Notes: a model not told the origin generated them from the letters alone. Shown: positions 1 to 10,502, counted from the first letter of the stretch. The stretch: DNA of 64,000 bases from Thermoproteota archaeon (GCA_029258835.1 JAPDJY010000053.1:14006-78005); one strand, 5' to 3'. Numbers and translations: made by a program.

Positions 1-248
1 TGTAAAAATTACATTTAGTAATAAAAAAACGGGATGTATATATTCTTATAATGCATAATACGTAAAATTTATATATAGGTGTTTTATCTTTGTCTAAACA
101 GCGAAAAATAAGTAGTTTGCTCTTACCTCCCTCCTCCCCTCCCTCCAACCCGCGGGGGCGGCCCAACTAGTTCTTCATTCCCCTCCTCTCCCTCCTCCCC
201 CCACCCACGGAATGAAATGGATGGGCTGCCCCCGCCTAACTTCTAAAG

Positions 249-1031
249 TCACCTGCGGAGGTTCCATTCGTCACGGGAATACTTATCATCCACAAGCTCC
301 TTTACAAGGCGTTCCTCGTAATCGGTAAGTTTCCCTTCTTTCAACTTTATACCTAGAGCTTTTTCAAAGCCCATTTTTATGGCGTCCTTTACCAGTTCAA
401 TGCTGGGCGGCTCGCCTAGTATTTTTTCGAGACTTGTTACTCTTTCACTTATATTCCTCGCTTGCTTATCACTCATTTTTTCTTTTGGGATCAGCAGTAC
501 CTGCTTCATGGTTTCTATGTCCGCCTTAATTAGCAGGGTTCCATGGTGGAGGACTACTCCCTTCCTTCTGGTCTGAGAGCTACCGCTAATCTTCTTCCCG
601 CCTACAAGTATGTCGTTAACTGGCTGGAAAACGGCGTCTATGCCGAGTATTCGGAGGGCTTCAATCACCCCGCCACATAGCACCTCGTATGATTCGGCTA
701 TGTTCTTGGGAATTCGAGGGTGATCCTCACCGACCACAACAGAGTATATTATGCCATTATGATCGGAATATATTGCTCCGCCGCCGGTTATCCTCCTGCT
801 AATCTCCACTCCCAACCTACGGCACGCGGCAAGGTCAACCGTCTTCTCTACGGATTGAAAGTAACCTATGGAAACCGCAGGGGGCTTTCTCCTGTAGAGG
901 AACACCGTGTTTGGGCACTTCCCCTCTGCACGGGCAAGAAGAATGGCTTCAGCCACCGCTCCGCTGGTAGGTGGATCAATCAGGTCAAAATCGATGTAGC
1001 GCCAAACCTCCAACTGTGACCCCTCCAACAT
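249..1031 (-). CDS. lplA: lipoate-protein ligase A family / octanoyltransferase
   Basis: RRITGGGAIYSD, NDILVGGKKISGSSQ and HHGTLL motifs; start moved to ATG 1031 (the ORF track extends to 1091). Confidence 0.85.
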   Translation of the reverse strand: MLEGSQLEVWRYIDFDLIDPPTSGAVAEAILLARAEGKCPNTVFLYRRKPPAVSIGYFQSVEKTVDLAACRRLGVEISRRITGGGAIYSDHNGIIYSVVVGEDHPRIPKNIAESYEVLCGGVIEALRILGIDAVFQPVNDILVGGKKISGSSQTRRKGVVLHHGTLLIKADIETMKQVLLIPKEKMSDKQARNISERVTSLEKILGEPPSIELVKDAIKMGFEKALGIKLKEGKLTDYEERLVKELVDDKYSRDEWNLRR

Positions 1032-1468
1032 CCAAAAAAGAAAACCTTCTTTAAATTGTTTCCAGTCCTTTAGAAGCGGCTTCCCTTTCAAAAACTAATA
1101 GAAAAATGGAGGAAGGGAGGAAGATGCAAATTTAAAAGTTAATATGGGAATTTCCCTTTGACTGTTTGAGACCACCTTCTCTTAAGGTGTAACGTAGAAG
1201 AGTACTGAGTACTGATCCCCCTGCTTTCCCTCATGGAACATCACGTAACCCTATGGGAATGTGAATACTCAAGGGCAAACCGAAAAAGGACCGAACAGAA
1301 AGGGAAGATAACGGATCCCAAAAAGTAGATAGGAAGATAAGACTTCTTTAAAGCAGCATGGGCATGGGGAGCCCTTTCGCTAAAATTTTGCTAAAAGCTA
1401 GTAATAAATAATAAAAAAGTAAGTAATAAAAAATAAAAAATGAAAAATAAATAAATTAAAAAATGAAG

Positions 1469-1642
1469 TTATATGGGGTAGGGGAGGGGGACCGGTAGGA
1501 TCCAGCCGCCGATGATGGGAGCCCACATTGAGTACCATGGTGAGGGGGCGAAGACGTAGGGCCATGCTGCTGTTAGCCCTGTGCTGACTGATGCTGCTAG
1601 TAGTGCTAGGAGGGTTATTAGTGCTACTAATATTTTCTTCAT
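1469..1642 (-). CDS. small secreted hydrophobic Pro/Trp-rich peptide (57 aa)
   Basis: SD-like GGAGGCGGTGA before ATG 1642; MKK + hydrophobic helix + AxA-like cleavage site; long oligo-T tract downstream on the minus strand. Confidence 0.65.
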   Translation of the reverse strand: MKKILVALITLLALLAASVSTGLTAAWPYVFAPSPWYSMWAPIIGGWILPVPLPYPI

Positions 1643-1869
1643 TTTTGTCACCGCCTCCCCTCCTTCTGGAAGAGATAAAAGGGGAACAGAAAAAGTGGTT
1701 AAAATTATGTTGGGGGAGGCGGGTGGAGTGCGATAAAAATGAGTGTTTTAGCGTGTGTTGAAGGGGGAGGGTTGATTGGAGTTGAGTTTCCTTGGGGGTG
1801 ATTGCGTGGAGGGAAAAGGATTTTAGTTGTTTTCCCATCGTGTTCGAGTAGGATTATGAAGGGTGGTAT

Positions 1870-2373
1870 GTGAAGTTGTATCTTATGGCGGAGGAGCTGG
1901 ATAGGGCGGATTCAATCTCGGAGATATTTAGGGTGGTTGAGACTGTTATACTGAGAAAGCTTGGGAAGCATAGGCCTGTCATGCTTGGAGTGGCGGAGAT
2001 GGGGATGCGGGGGGAACTCGTGATAGGGGCGTTTCACCCTGTTGGATCAACCCTTATAGTTCTTAACAAGACTCCGCTAGAGAGGATCAAGGCATCTTCG
2101 AGAAGGCTTTTAAATGCGTACTGTTTCCACATGTTGCTTCACGAATACCTTCACAGCTTGGGGATGCTTGACGAGCGGGATGTTAGAAGAATGGTTTATG
2201 AGATAAGTAGGGAGTTCCTAGGACCCGAGCATCCAGCCACCGTGATGAGTTCTAGGGGGGTCACACATTACTTTCCCTTCATAACATATCCGGCTCCAGG
2301 GGAAAATGCACCAAACTTGAAAATAGAGATAGTTAAGGATTTCACGCAGCAAAGTGTAACGTATTTCTCATAG
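1870..2373 (+). CDS. putative zincin-like metallopeptidase
   Basis: HEYLH (HExxH) motif in a 167-aa ORF. Confidence 0.65.
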   Translation: MKLYLMAEELDRADSISEIFRVVETVILRKLGKHRPVMLGVAEMGMRGELVIGAFHPVGSTLIVLNKTPLERIKASSRRLLNAYCFHMLLHEYLHSLGMLDERDVRRMVYEISREFLGPEHPATVMSSRGVTHYFPFITYPAPGENAPNLKIEIVKDFTQQSVTYFS

Positions 2374-2778
2374 GGTGCTTGGCTCCCAGCGCCCATTTTT
2401 GATGAGGTTTTTCGGGGTGCAGTATTTTTTGACTATGGGGTTTTTAGGGTTGCCAACGTAGACCCATGCCTTTACCCGGCTGCCATCGTTAAGGATGACT
2501 GCCTTTTCCTTCCTGAAGTAAAGTGAGTTGGGATCCATGTTATCGCATCCCTCGTACCTGTCGATTGAGGCTATGACCTCTTCTAGGTTAAATATTTCGA
2601 TGACCTTGCCATAGACAAGGCTGCCTTCTGACTCGTCTTCTATCAGGATGGGAAACCAGCTAGCCCTGTAAAGGCGTCCTCTGACGGCGCCTTCCATCAC
2701 CTTAACAGGTTTAATCCCCCATCGTCTTTCAAGGAATTCCATGTTCATTAGCGTTCCGTAGGCAAAAATCCGGTTCAA
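2368..2778 (-). CDS. gamma-glutamylcyclotransferase (AIG2-like) family protein
   Basis: IFAYGTLM N-terminus, DRYEG, AWVY. Confidence 0.85.
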   Translation of the reverse strand: MNRIFAYGTLMNMEFLERRWGIKPVKVMEGAVRGRLYRASWFPILIEDESEGSLVYGKVIEIFNLEEVIASIDRYEGCDNMDPNSLYFRKEKAVILNDGSRVKAWVYVGNPKNPIVKKYCTPKNLIKNGRWEPSTL

Positions 2779-2983
2779 CCTTTACCCCCAGCTATTTTAA
2801 GTCAGAAATGTGTGAGTTTTCCTTTAAAAAAGAATGATTATCCTTAGATTAATTAAGTTCACGTTTTGGTTGTGAGTCTGAGTTTAAGGAGAACCAAATG
2901 GCGTGGAAGTTGAAGGAGGGTTACGCGGGATCGAAAATGACTTATGGGGGGTAGGAGGATTATTTCGGTTACAGGTGGGGTTT

Positions 2984-3574
2984 ATGATTGAGGGGATAAT
3001 CTTTGATATGGACGGCGTTTTAGTATCGTTAAACTTGGATATGAAGGAAATGACGAGGAAGGTTGAGGAGTGTCTTGGCTTCAAGGTTGACCGAACGGTC
3101 TTTGGAACCCTTGTTAGGCTGATCGAGAAGGATAAAGAGCTTTACGAGAGGTGTCTGTCAGCGATTGACGAAGTGGAGATGGCGGCTATCGAGCGGACAA
3201 TGACCGTTTTTCCCGACACGAGGATGGTGATTGAGCAGCTTAGCAAAAGTTACCCTTTAGCCTTAGTAACTCTGCAAGGCAGGAGGGCGGCTTTGAAAGT
3301 ATTGGACAAACTAAACATAAGACAGCTGTTTAGGTTCATATTTACGAGGGAAGACTCTCTTTTCAGAAGCGAACAAATTAGAAAAGCAATTCAAGCGTTG
3401 GGTATAAACAAGGAAAACGTTTTGATGGTTGGGGATCGTAAAAGCGACAAGTTGGCAGCGGAAGAGGTTGGATGCAAAGTGATAATAGTTCGGAGGGAGA
3501 ACTATAAGCCCTTAGAGGGGGCTATTACGATCCATTCATTACACGAACTCCTAACGGTAATAAAAGGCTTTTAA
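2984..3574 (+). CDS. HAD-family hydrolase
   Basis: IIFDMDGVL motif I, MVGDRKSD motif IV; start moved to ATG 2984. Confidence 0.9.
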   Translation: MIEGIIFDMDGVLVSLNLDMKEMTRKVEECLGFKVDRTVFGTLVRLIEKDKELYERCLSAIDEVEMAAIERTMTVFPDTRMVIEQLSKSYPLALVTLQGRRAALKVLDKLNIRQLFRFIFTREDSLFRSEQIRKAIQALGINKENVLMVGDRKSDKLAAEEVGCKVIIVRRENYKPLEGAITIHSLHELLTVIKGF

Positions 3575-3633
3575 CCAAACTGGAAAACCGCTAAATGAGG
3601 GTACGGGCTTTTGAAAGACAGGAGGAGGTAAAA

Positions 3634-4224
3634 ATGCCATTAAGAAGGATTAGTGAATGGTTAAGCAATGTTAAGCTGGAAACCGCTGTGGAGATAATCG
3701 ACGTGTCATTTGCAACCCTACTAGTACTGACAATAATTTTATTCTTTTTAAACGTGATAATGCTCCCAAAGAACGTGTTTTTCCTCCGTATTCCAGAGTT
3801 AAACGTCTTCAGCGCTTACTACTCGGCTCAACGGCTATCATTCAACGATGAAGCCATGATATTACTATCAATGCTCGTGGCAGCTCCAACACCACTTTCC
3901 TTATTTGTAACATTACGTATAAGAAGTGAATGTGGAGAGAGTTTCAGTGAAGCATGGGAGAAAATGGTAAACTCGCTAAGGGAAAAATGGCTAAACAAGG
4001 AAAGGGAAGGGATTGCAACCATAGTTCTCCTAGTATCCTCAGTGGTACTAATTGTTCTCCCTTTCACGACGATTCTGCTTCTTCAACCAGTAATAATAGA
4101 CTACGTGGCATCAAATCTCACAGCCCAGTGGTATCAGGGTAACATGATCTGTTTTGCATCATCGTTAGCCATCGCGTATATTACCTCAAAGATCAACGAT
4201 TTGAAAAGAAAAGCAGAACAGTAG
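3634..4224 (+). CDS. hypothetical membrane protein
   Basis: about four hydrophobic segments; GGAGGT SD before ATG 3634. Confidence 0.6.
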   Translation: MPLRRISEWLSNVKLETAVEIIDVSFATLLVLTIILFFLNVIMLPKNVFFLRIPELNVFSAYYSAQRLSFNDEAMILLSMLVAAPTPLSLFVTLRIRSECGESFSEAWEKMVNSLREKWLNKEREGIATIVLLVSSVVLIVLPFTTILLLQPVIIDYVASNLTAQWYQGNMICFASSLAIAYITSKINDLKRKAEQ

Positions 4225-4265
4225 TCACATTGAAAAAGGAGAAGAAGCTCTGAAGAGGTTAAAGT

Positions 4266-5147
4266 ATGGATTTCATTGAAAGCATGGACATAGTTATGTG
4301 GGCTAAGAATGGTGCAAGATTTCTCCCCTTAACCCTTAAAAGAATAGAGAAAGTGTTGCCGGAAAACGTAGTGCACAGAAAAATCTTCATTGATGACCAC
4401 TCAGTGGACGGGTCAGCGTCCATCGCGAGGGAGTTTGGATGGGAGGTTTATGAAAATCCCGTGGGAGGGGTCGGCGGCGGCTTTGAAGAGGCGCTAAGGA
4501 AAGTGGACTGCCCGTTTTTCGCCTCGTTTGAACAGGATCTCCTCCTCAGCTGGAAATGGTGGCCTGCTATTCCACGCTACATGAAGGAAAGCCTTGTCGC
4601 TGTAGCTCAGGGATGGCGCATTTCCAGCCATCCAGTCCTAGGAGCAATAGAGGAAGCTGCAGTTAGAGTAAAGGGATTAATCAACATACCTCTCTACAGC
4701 ATAGATAATAACATTTACCGCACAGAGGCTATCAGGAAACTGGCTAGGAGGATAAGTGGGATACGTTACGCCGCCGACGCGGCACTTAGAGCAAAAATCC
4801 TGAAAAGTAAGCTGTTATGGGTTACCGATGTTAACGTCACCTCCCTTCATTTAAAGCCTACAGGTATTAGGGAGTATGTTAAACGGAGATATGGAGAACC
4901 TCGGAAAGAAGTCTACGAGTTAGCGTTAAGGGGAGAAATCGCGGAGGAGGAAGCGGAAAAGTTCAGGCTATTTAGCCTTTACCTGCGTTTTCTCCTATCT
5001 CCCGTAGTCGGCGTCAGCGCCTCACTTTTACAAAGGCAACCATGGCTCCTCGTATACTACCCTATGGTTAGGGGGCAAAGCCTTAAGGCGTTCACCGAGT
5101 GGTTAAGAGAGAGAAGAGAGACGCTAAAGGAGGATAGAAGAGACTAG
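4266..5147 (+). CDS. glycosyltransferase family 2
   Basis: IFIDDHSVDGS GT-A motif. Confidence 0.8.
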   Translation: MDFIESMDIVMWAKNGARFLPLTLKRIEKVLPENVVHRKIFIDDHSVDGSASIAREFGWEVYENPVGGVGGGFEEALRKVDCPFFASFEQDLLLSWKWWPAIPRYMKESLVAVAQGWRISSHPVLGAIEEAAVRVKGLINIPLYSIDNNIYRTEAIRKLARRISGIRYAADAALRAKILKSKLLWVTDVNVTSLHLKPTGIREYVKRRYGEPRKEVYELALRGEIAEEEAEKFRLFSLYLRFLLSPVVGVSASLLQRQPWLLVYYPMVRGQSLKAFTEWLRERRETLKEDRRD

Positions 5148-5834
5148 CTGATTGTAAGTTTTACATCGATGAGCATTTTCCGCTAGGAACGCCTCGTAGT
5201 ACTTAGGTACCATATTCTTTCTGAGAAGAGTGTAGAGGATTTTAACCGGCCATTCAATCAGCATTCTCCTAGTTGGCAGCTTACAGCCAACCGAGAATAA
5301 AAAGTATTCCGGGTGTGTGAGAACCGATGCAACCCCCTTCTTTCTAAGGCTTTCCTGAATCAGCTTCTTAAAGACCTGATATCCGTCCTTTCCTCGAGTT
5401 TCAATTAGCGTGTCAAGAGTCACGTGATCAACAGGGAAAACACGGGTTTGAGTTTTGAAGGCAGGTTTCCCGTAACCGCAAATATATTCCAGATTTAGAC
5501 AATCCATAACACTCCAGGTTTTATCTCCTCTCCATCCTGGCCCGCCACGTTTACCACACGGGCTAACACCTCGAATGTTAAACCCGTGAGAGCGAAGTTC
5601 CTTTAGCTCTTCAAGCGCCCTCTTCGCATTGATCGTATTTGCGAGGTGTAAGCCTATTTCCCAGCCACCTTCCTCCGCTGCCTTCAAGAGTGCAATGTCC
5701 CTTTCACTCTTTAACAACTCAACTCTGACAAATATCGTCGACCTAACACCGTAACGTTTCTCAAGTTCCATTAAGCGTGGCAGTCCAAGGCGTAGGCCTA
5801 AGTAGTAGTCTACATCGTGTCTTAAACCGATCAA
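5124..5834 (-). CDS. polysaccharide deacetylase-like protein
   Basis: LRHDVD, STIF, WEIGLH, VLTHPE motifs. Confidence 0.75.
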   Translation of the reverse strand: MIGLRHDVDYYLGLRLGLPRLMELEKRYGVRSTIFVRVELLKSERDIALLKAAEEGGWEIGLHLANTINAKRALEELKELRSHGFNIRGVSPCGKRGGPGWRGDKTWSVMDCLNLEYICGYGKPAFKTQTRVFPVDHVTLDTLIETRGKDGYQVFKKLIQESLRKKGVASVLTHPEYFLFSVGCKLPTRRMLIEWPVKILYTLLRKNMVPKYYEAFLAENAHRCKTYNQLVSSILL

Positions 5835-6687
5835 GCGCGTTCACCACCGGGATGAGAGGATACTTCAAACCTTGCGGAATAGCATCAACCAAATCCCTGT
5901 AAATGCCGATTTTTAGAGCCAGACTACCTCTCCAAGTTATGGGAATATAGTAGCGAGGAAGAACAAATCTTCTAAAACCATTCCGGTACTTGAAAAGGTC
6001 AAGGGAGGGGTGATTACCCATTCTCGCGTATATGAGGTACCGTATTCCCTTTTCCTCGCACACCTTAACGGCTTCGGATATTAAAGCGTTATTTGGAGCT
6101 TTATCCCTGTGGGCAATGTATGAGAGAAACTGGGTTATTACTCCAACGTTACCCCTAGCGTCTATTATCATGAAGCCTATTAGCCTGCCTTTATAGTATG
6201 CTCCCAGTAGCGTTCTATCCGTTTTAACGCTTAAGCACCCATTTCTTAGGATCCCTTTAAGGACGCTTTCGTAGCTTTCACCATAATGGGGGAAGCCGCG
6301 ACCCTGCCTTATAGGCGTCTCATTGTATATTTTCCATATTTCCAAGGCTAATTGCTCTGTGGGCTTCTCAATTCTAATGGTAACTCCTTTCCTAACCGCT
6401 TTCCTAACAGCCCACCTACTTGACTTAGCTATCTTCTTCCACCAGTAATCATGACTGTAAATTTTCATTAGGGCTACGTTATCGTGTACGTACTTGAAGT
6501 TCCAGTGCCTTTCTTTTCCTAGGAAGGTTCGCTCGATGAACGTGTAAACGTCTACTCCGGCTTGCTTGATAAGGTTTAGAAAGCTTTGGCTAGGATTAAA
6601 ATCGATGAGGTATTCTTGGGGGTGCTTGGCGATCCAGAAGAAGAGCTTCGGGCTGACAAGCAGCCCCCCTCTTCGCCGCCACCCCAT
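5761..6687 (-). CDS. GNAT/FemAB-like acyltransferase
   Basis: RWAVRKAVRKGV, APNNALISEAV, SLDLFKYRNGF motifs; start uncertain. Confidence 0.7.
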   Translation of the reverse strand: MGWRRRGGLLVSPKLFFWIAKHPQEYLIDFNPSQSFLNLIKQAGVDVYTFIERTFLGKERHWNFKYVHDNVALMKIYSHDYWWKKIAKSSRWAVRKAVRKGVTIRIEKPTEQLALEIWKIYNETPIRQGRGFPHYGESYESVLKGILRNGCLSVKTDRTLLGAYYKGRLIGFMIIDARGNVGVITQFLSYIAHRDKAPNNALISEAVKVCEEKGIRYLIYARMGNHPSLDLFKYRNGFRRFVLPRYYIPITWRGSLALKIGIYRDLVDAIPQGLKYPLIPVVNALDRFKTRCRLLLRPTPWTATLNGT

Positions 6688-7075
6688 ATTTAATCCCTCA
6701 TTCAAACTATAAGAGGCCGGCAAATAAACATTGCCGGAGGGGAAGGAGGAAATATCTGGCAAGCCTCCACTAAGAGTTTAAACGTGAAGGAATGGAAGAG
6801 TGAAAGAATAAGGGGCCACTATCAGTAAAAGGGTTAAGCAGTTTAGATGTAGGAGGCGATTCCTAGCTGTTAAGAAGGCGTTACTGTGGGAGCGTGGGAT
6901 TCCGGGGGAACATGCTGTGGGGGTATCGTCCTCTTAAAGGTAGCTTGCATGGAGGCGAGAATGCGGAAGACTTGATGCCATAACCCCTAGTGAACGGGAT
7001 AAATAATAGAAGTTAACTACCTTGCTTATCTAGCAATGACGGGTTGACGCGTACCCCCAAGAATACGTTGAGTGT

Positions 7076-7618
7076 TCAGTCTTCTGTGGGCGTCCACCTG
7101 GTAATCCCCTTCTCCTTGGTTAGCCTTTCTGCTTCGCCTAGATTGAACGGTTTCACAACCAAGGTTAAGCCTTCATATCCGATAACCTCTACGTCTTCCC
7201 CCTTCATAACATATGGTTTTCCCTTAACCCTCGCTGACCATAGTTCGCCTTCAACGTTCACGAGTCCCTTAGGGGCTACATCCGTTTTAGCAACACCCTT
7301 CTTGCCGATTATTGACTCCATGTCAAGCTTTCTCTTTAGCTTCTTGGTTTCATAAGCCTTGTACGTCATAAACAAGAAGAAGGCGGAAAGCACCACTCCT
7401 GTAACGATCACAATGTTCCTAATCGTAGCTACAAGCCTCCATTTCTCCGGAGGGGACTCCATAGGGAGCAAGATGATGACTGCTATGAGTGTGCATCCTG
7501 TGCCGAGAAGGGACACTACCCCGCTTCCCAGTTTAACGTCAGCCAGCATTAAAACCACGCCTAAGGCGAGGAGTAGAAGGGAGCCCACCATGCTTATGAT
7601 CCATCCTTCAACAGGCAA
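7076..7618 (-). CDS. NfeD-family membrane protein
   Basis: three TM helices plus C-terminal OB fold (IGKKG...GLVNVEGELWSA). Confidence 0.85.
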   Translation of the reverse strand: MPVEGWIISMVGSLLLLALGVVLMLADVKLGSGVVSLLGTGCTLIAVIILLPMESPPEKWRLVATIRNIVIVTGVVLSAFFLFMTYKAYETKKLKRKLDMESIIGKKGVAKTDVAPKGLVNVEGELWSARVKGKPYVMKGEDVEVIGYEGLTLVVKPFNLGEAERLTKEKGITRWTPTED

Positions 7619-7730
7619 GCCACATCCCTCTCGGCTTACACCAATAAATAAATGATGAAGTTAAAAACTTATAATTTTATAATTCTTTTAACAAGTTTTA
7701 GTAAGACCTTCAGCGGGATCCTGCTGGAGT

Positions 7731-10502
7731 GTGGCTGGGATGATAGACTTAACAGCTCTCTTTGAAGCTTACTCTCTGAGCATTCCGTTAACAGTCACTT
7801 TCAATATTGCCCCAGCGTTGCTCATAGCGTTCCTATTAGCGTTAGCTAGGAGGAAAGCGGGGAAGTTCAAGCCGCTAATCACCGCAGGAATAATAGTAGT
7901 GGTAACCTTGGCAGCTTTAAACTGTGGAAACATACTCATATCCCACTTTGAAAACGTGGATCCCGGAAACCTTCTGCTGGAGTATTTAGGAGTGCCGGTG
8001 ATGTTTTTTGAGGCATCGCTGATTTACCCATTCGAGAGCTGGACTGGAGCGGTAGCATCACAGTTCATAGTGGTATTAACCCACTACCTTGCTGGAACCC
8101 TTCAAACGTTCATCCTATGGGCCTTCGTCGGCTTGTTCTCGGTTTTCATAGGTATACCAACACTCCTCATCAGACTTCTAGTACTCGAAAGGAAGCTTGG
8201 GGGAACGTTCCTTGAAAGGGTTAAAAACGTGGTTTTCGGCAGGGTGCCAAGAAACCCGTTAGATGAGATGCCCAACGTCAGCCTCGTAAAGGACTACCTT
8301 GTGATAGGGTTGGTTACGCTACCAGCCATGGTGTCGTTTGGCGCGACCGTTGAAAACTACTACAATATGGGTGTAATAGGAGGGTTCGGCCTTAACGTGG
8401 CAATATACATAATGCTCCTTTACAGGTTCTCGTATCTGACGTCTTCAAGACTTGCTAAGAAGGGTGAAATGAAGTGTATGGGTGTCAACCTGGGAGATAA
8501 GCTGATGAGGAGCGTGACAGGCCCCTTCACGTACTTCAACATTCTTCTTTCAATGGCAGGGGTCGGAAACATCATATACGGGTTCTACACCCAGAGAACA
8601 TTTTACATGATGCTCCAAGTGTTAAGAGAGAATTTTATAGCATCGCTGACCGCTCAGAACCCCATGCTGGGGTTGGCCGCATCAGCGTTAATCCCCCAGA
8701 TGCAAGGAATAAACATTTACATGCTTGCCAGAATAACATTGGCAAATACGGCGTCAATAGTCTTTGCAGTAGCCCTCCTACCCCTCTTTGAAAACTTCGG
8801 GGTTCACCTCTACGATAAAGCGTACAACGCTATGGTGAGGTTCTCGGAGGAGGTCAGGAAGCTGGGAAGCGGGGCAACCGTGGAGGGCATCATAACGGGT
8901 GTGACGCTCGGGGCGGGAACGTTCATAGTTATTTACGTTTTGATGATGGCCATTACAGGGTTAGCTCTCGGCGGGCTATACGACCCAGCGGTTACATCAA
9001 CCCTGATATACTTCGCTCTCTCCCATGAAACATACATCATGCTCTCGGCCACCCTAGCAGTCCATAACGGCTTCACCCTAACGTTCCCTCCAGCCATGTC
9101 TGCAACGGCCCCCCTAGCAATGTGGGTTCTCTTAACAGTTTTCATCACAATGGCGGCACACTTCATTCTAGGAGGCGCCTCGGGAAGCCTAGCTACGAGA
9201 GACGTGAAGCCAGAGGTGATAGCGTTCGTCTCGGCAACGATAACAGCCGTCGTCATGTGGATGTTCTCAACCCTAAGCACCCCCCTAGTGGGATACGTGA
9301 CAACGTACCTTGAAACCCCACCAGTGGGGGTCATAGCGTTAAACAGGCCACTAACAACCCAGCCAACCTACCTCATAGATCCGAAAGTGTACATAAACGG
9401 GATGTACATTTTCAGGCATGCGACATACCTAGCTTACCTAGTCCTCTTCGACCTTCCGATATGGATCCTCTCAACAACGTTGATAGCTTACCTTACATAC
9501 TACGCTAAGCCACCTGAAGAGGCTGCCGTAGCAGTACAGGTCCCCGCAGTCGAGGAGATAAAAGCTAAAGAGAAGGAGGCTGCGTTCAAGCTCACTCTAA
9601 GCGACGTGGCGCTCAGCGCCGGAATATTTGCTTTAGGTATAGTAACTACAACGGTCGCCGCATTCCTGTTATACGGCGCCCTACAGCTTAACGCTGTCTG
9701 GCTTTTCAGGGCAGTAATATATGAGATTGCGGCGCCGGAGGGAATAGAGTACTGGCTTTACCTTAACCTTACACTCATACCCCACGCTATAGCGTCAATG
9801 CTACGTCTCCCCCCATGGACCCTTGAAAATAACCTGCCCATCATACTAATCCATAATTTTAACAGGTGCATTCTCTCATCGATTGGAGCCCTAATCTTCT
9901 GGATGGTAACAGTAGGATTCTACATGGCTATTAGAGGTGAAACAAGCGGGGTTGAATGGTACATTCTAGGCGCGGTGGCATTCATAGCAGAGTACTTTCT
10001 ATTCGACGACCAGTTCACCCCTACAGCGATGATAATAATACCCTTACTGGTAGCAACAGCGTACAAGCTTGCCCACAGAAAAGCAAGCTTCACCTCAACC
10101 CTCATAAGAACATCCCTCTACTCGCTCTGCACGCTAGAGATACTTTCCACGGCGTTCGTGATAGGAGGACTCTACATGACAGAATCCGTCACATTCCTAT
10201 GGCTTGGAGGAAAAGGAGGATACCCATACCTCATATCCATACTCCCTCACGGAGTGATCGAAATACCAGCAGCAATCCTAGCAACAGCGATAGGAATATC
10301 AATAGCCAAAAGACTAACACAAACAATAGGCAAACCAGAAGAATTCCTAGAAAAATCAAAGGAAATACTGGCATCCACTAGCATGGCGGCAACACTGCTA
10401 GTAACCATAACCCTATTCACAATAGCAGCAATAATAGAAGCGTACATATCACCCCAAATCTACTGGAGTACGTTTCCACTACTAGCCATTCTAACGGGAT
10501 AA
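7731..10502 (+). CDS. large polytopic membrane protein with C-terminal SpoIIM-like domain
   Basis: many TM segments; ILPHGVIEIPA and AAIIEAYISP motifs. Confidence 0.7.
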   Translation: MAGMIDLTALFEAYSLSIPLTVTFNIAPALLIAFLLALARRKAGKFKPLITAGIIVVVTLAALNCGNILISHFENVDPGNLLLEYLGVPVMFFEASLIYPFESWTGAVASQFIVVLTHYLAGTLQTFILWAFVGLFSVFIGIPTLLIRLLVLERKLGGTFLERVKNVVFGRVPRNPLDEMPNVSLVKDYLVIGLVTLPAMVSFGATVENYYNMGVIGGFGLNVAIYIMLLYRFSYLTSSRLAKKGEMKCMGVNLGDKLMRSVTGPFTYFNILLSMAGVGNIIYGFYTQRTFYMMLQVLRENFIASLTAQNPMLGLAASALIPQMQGINIYMLARITLANTASIVFAVALLPLFENFGVHLYDKAYNAMVRFSEEVRKLGSGATVEGIITGVTLGAGTFIVIYVLMMAITGLALGGLYDPAVTSTLIYFALSHETYIMLSATLAVHNGFTLTFPPAMSATAPLAMWVLLTVFITMAAHFILGGASGSLATRDVKPEVIAFVSATITAVVMWMFSTLSTPLVGYVTTYLETPPVGVIALNRPLTTQPTYLIDPKVYINGMYIFRHATYLAYLVLFDLPIWILSTTLIAYLTYYAKPPEEAAVAVQVPAVEEIKAKEKEAAFKLTLSDVALSAGIFALGIVTTTVAAFLLYGALQLNAVWLFRAVIYEIAAPEGIEYWLYLNLTLIPHAIASMLRLPPWTLENNLPIILIHNFNRCILSSIGALIFWMVTVGFYMAIRGETSGVEWYILGAVAFIAEYFLFDDQFTPTAMIIIPLLVATAYKLAHRKASFTSTLIRTSLYSLCTLEILSTAFVIGGLYMTESVTFLWLGGKGGYPYLISILPHGVIEIPAAILATAIGISIAKRLTQTIGKPEEFLEKSKEILASTSMAATLLVTITLFTIAAIIEAYISPQIYWSTFPLLAILTG

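Noticed and set aside
1398-1838. 146-aa ORF and the many short antisense ORFs overlapping real genes
   Set aside because: Low-complexity or shadow frames without motifs or SD; better-supported genes occupy the same DNA.
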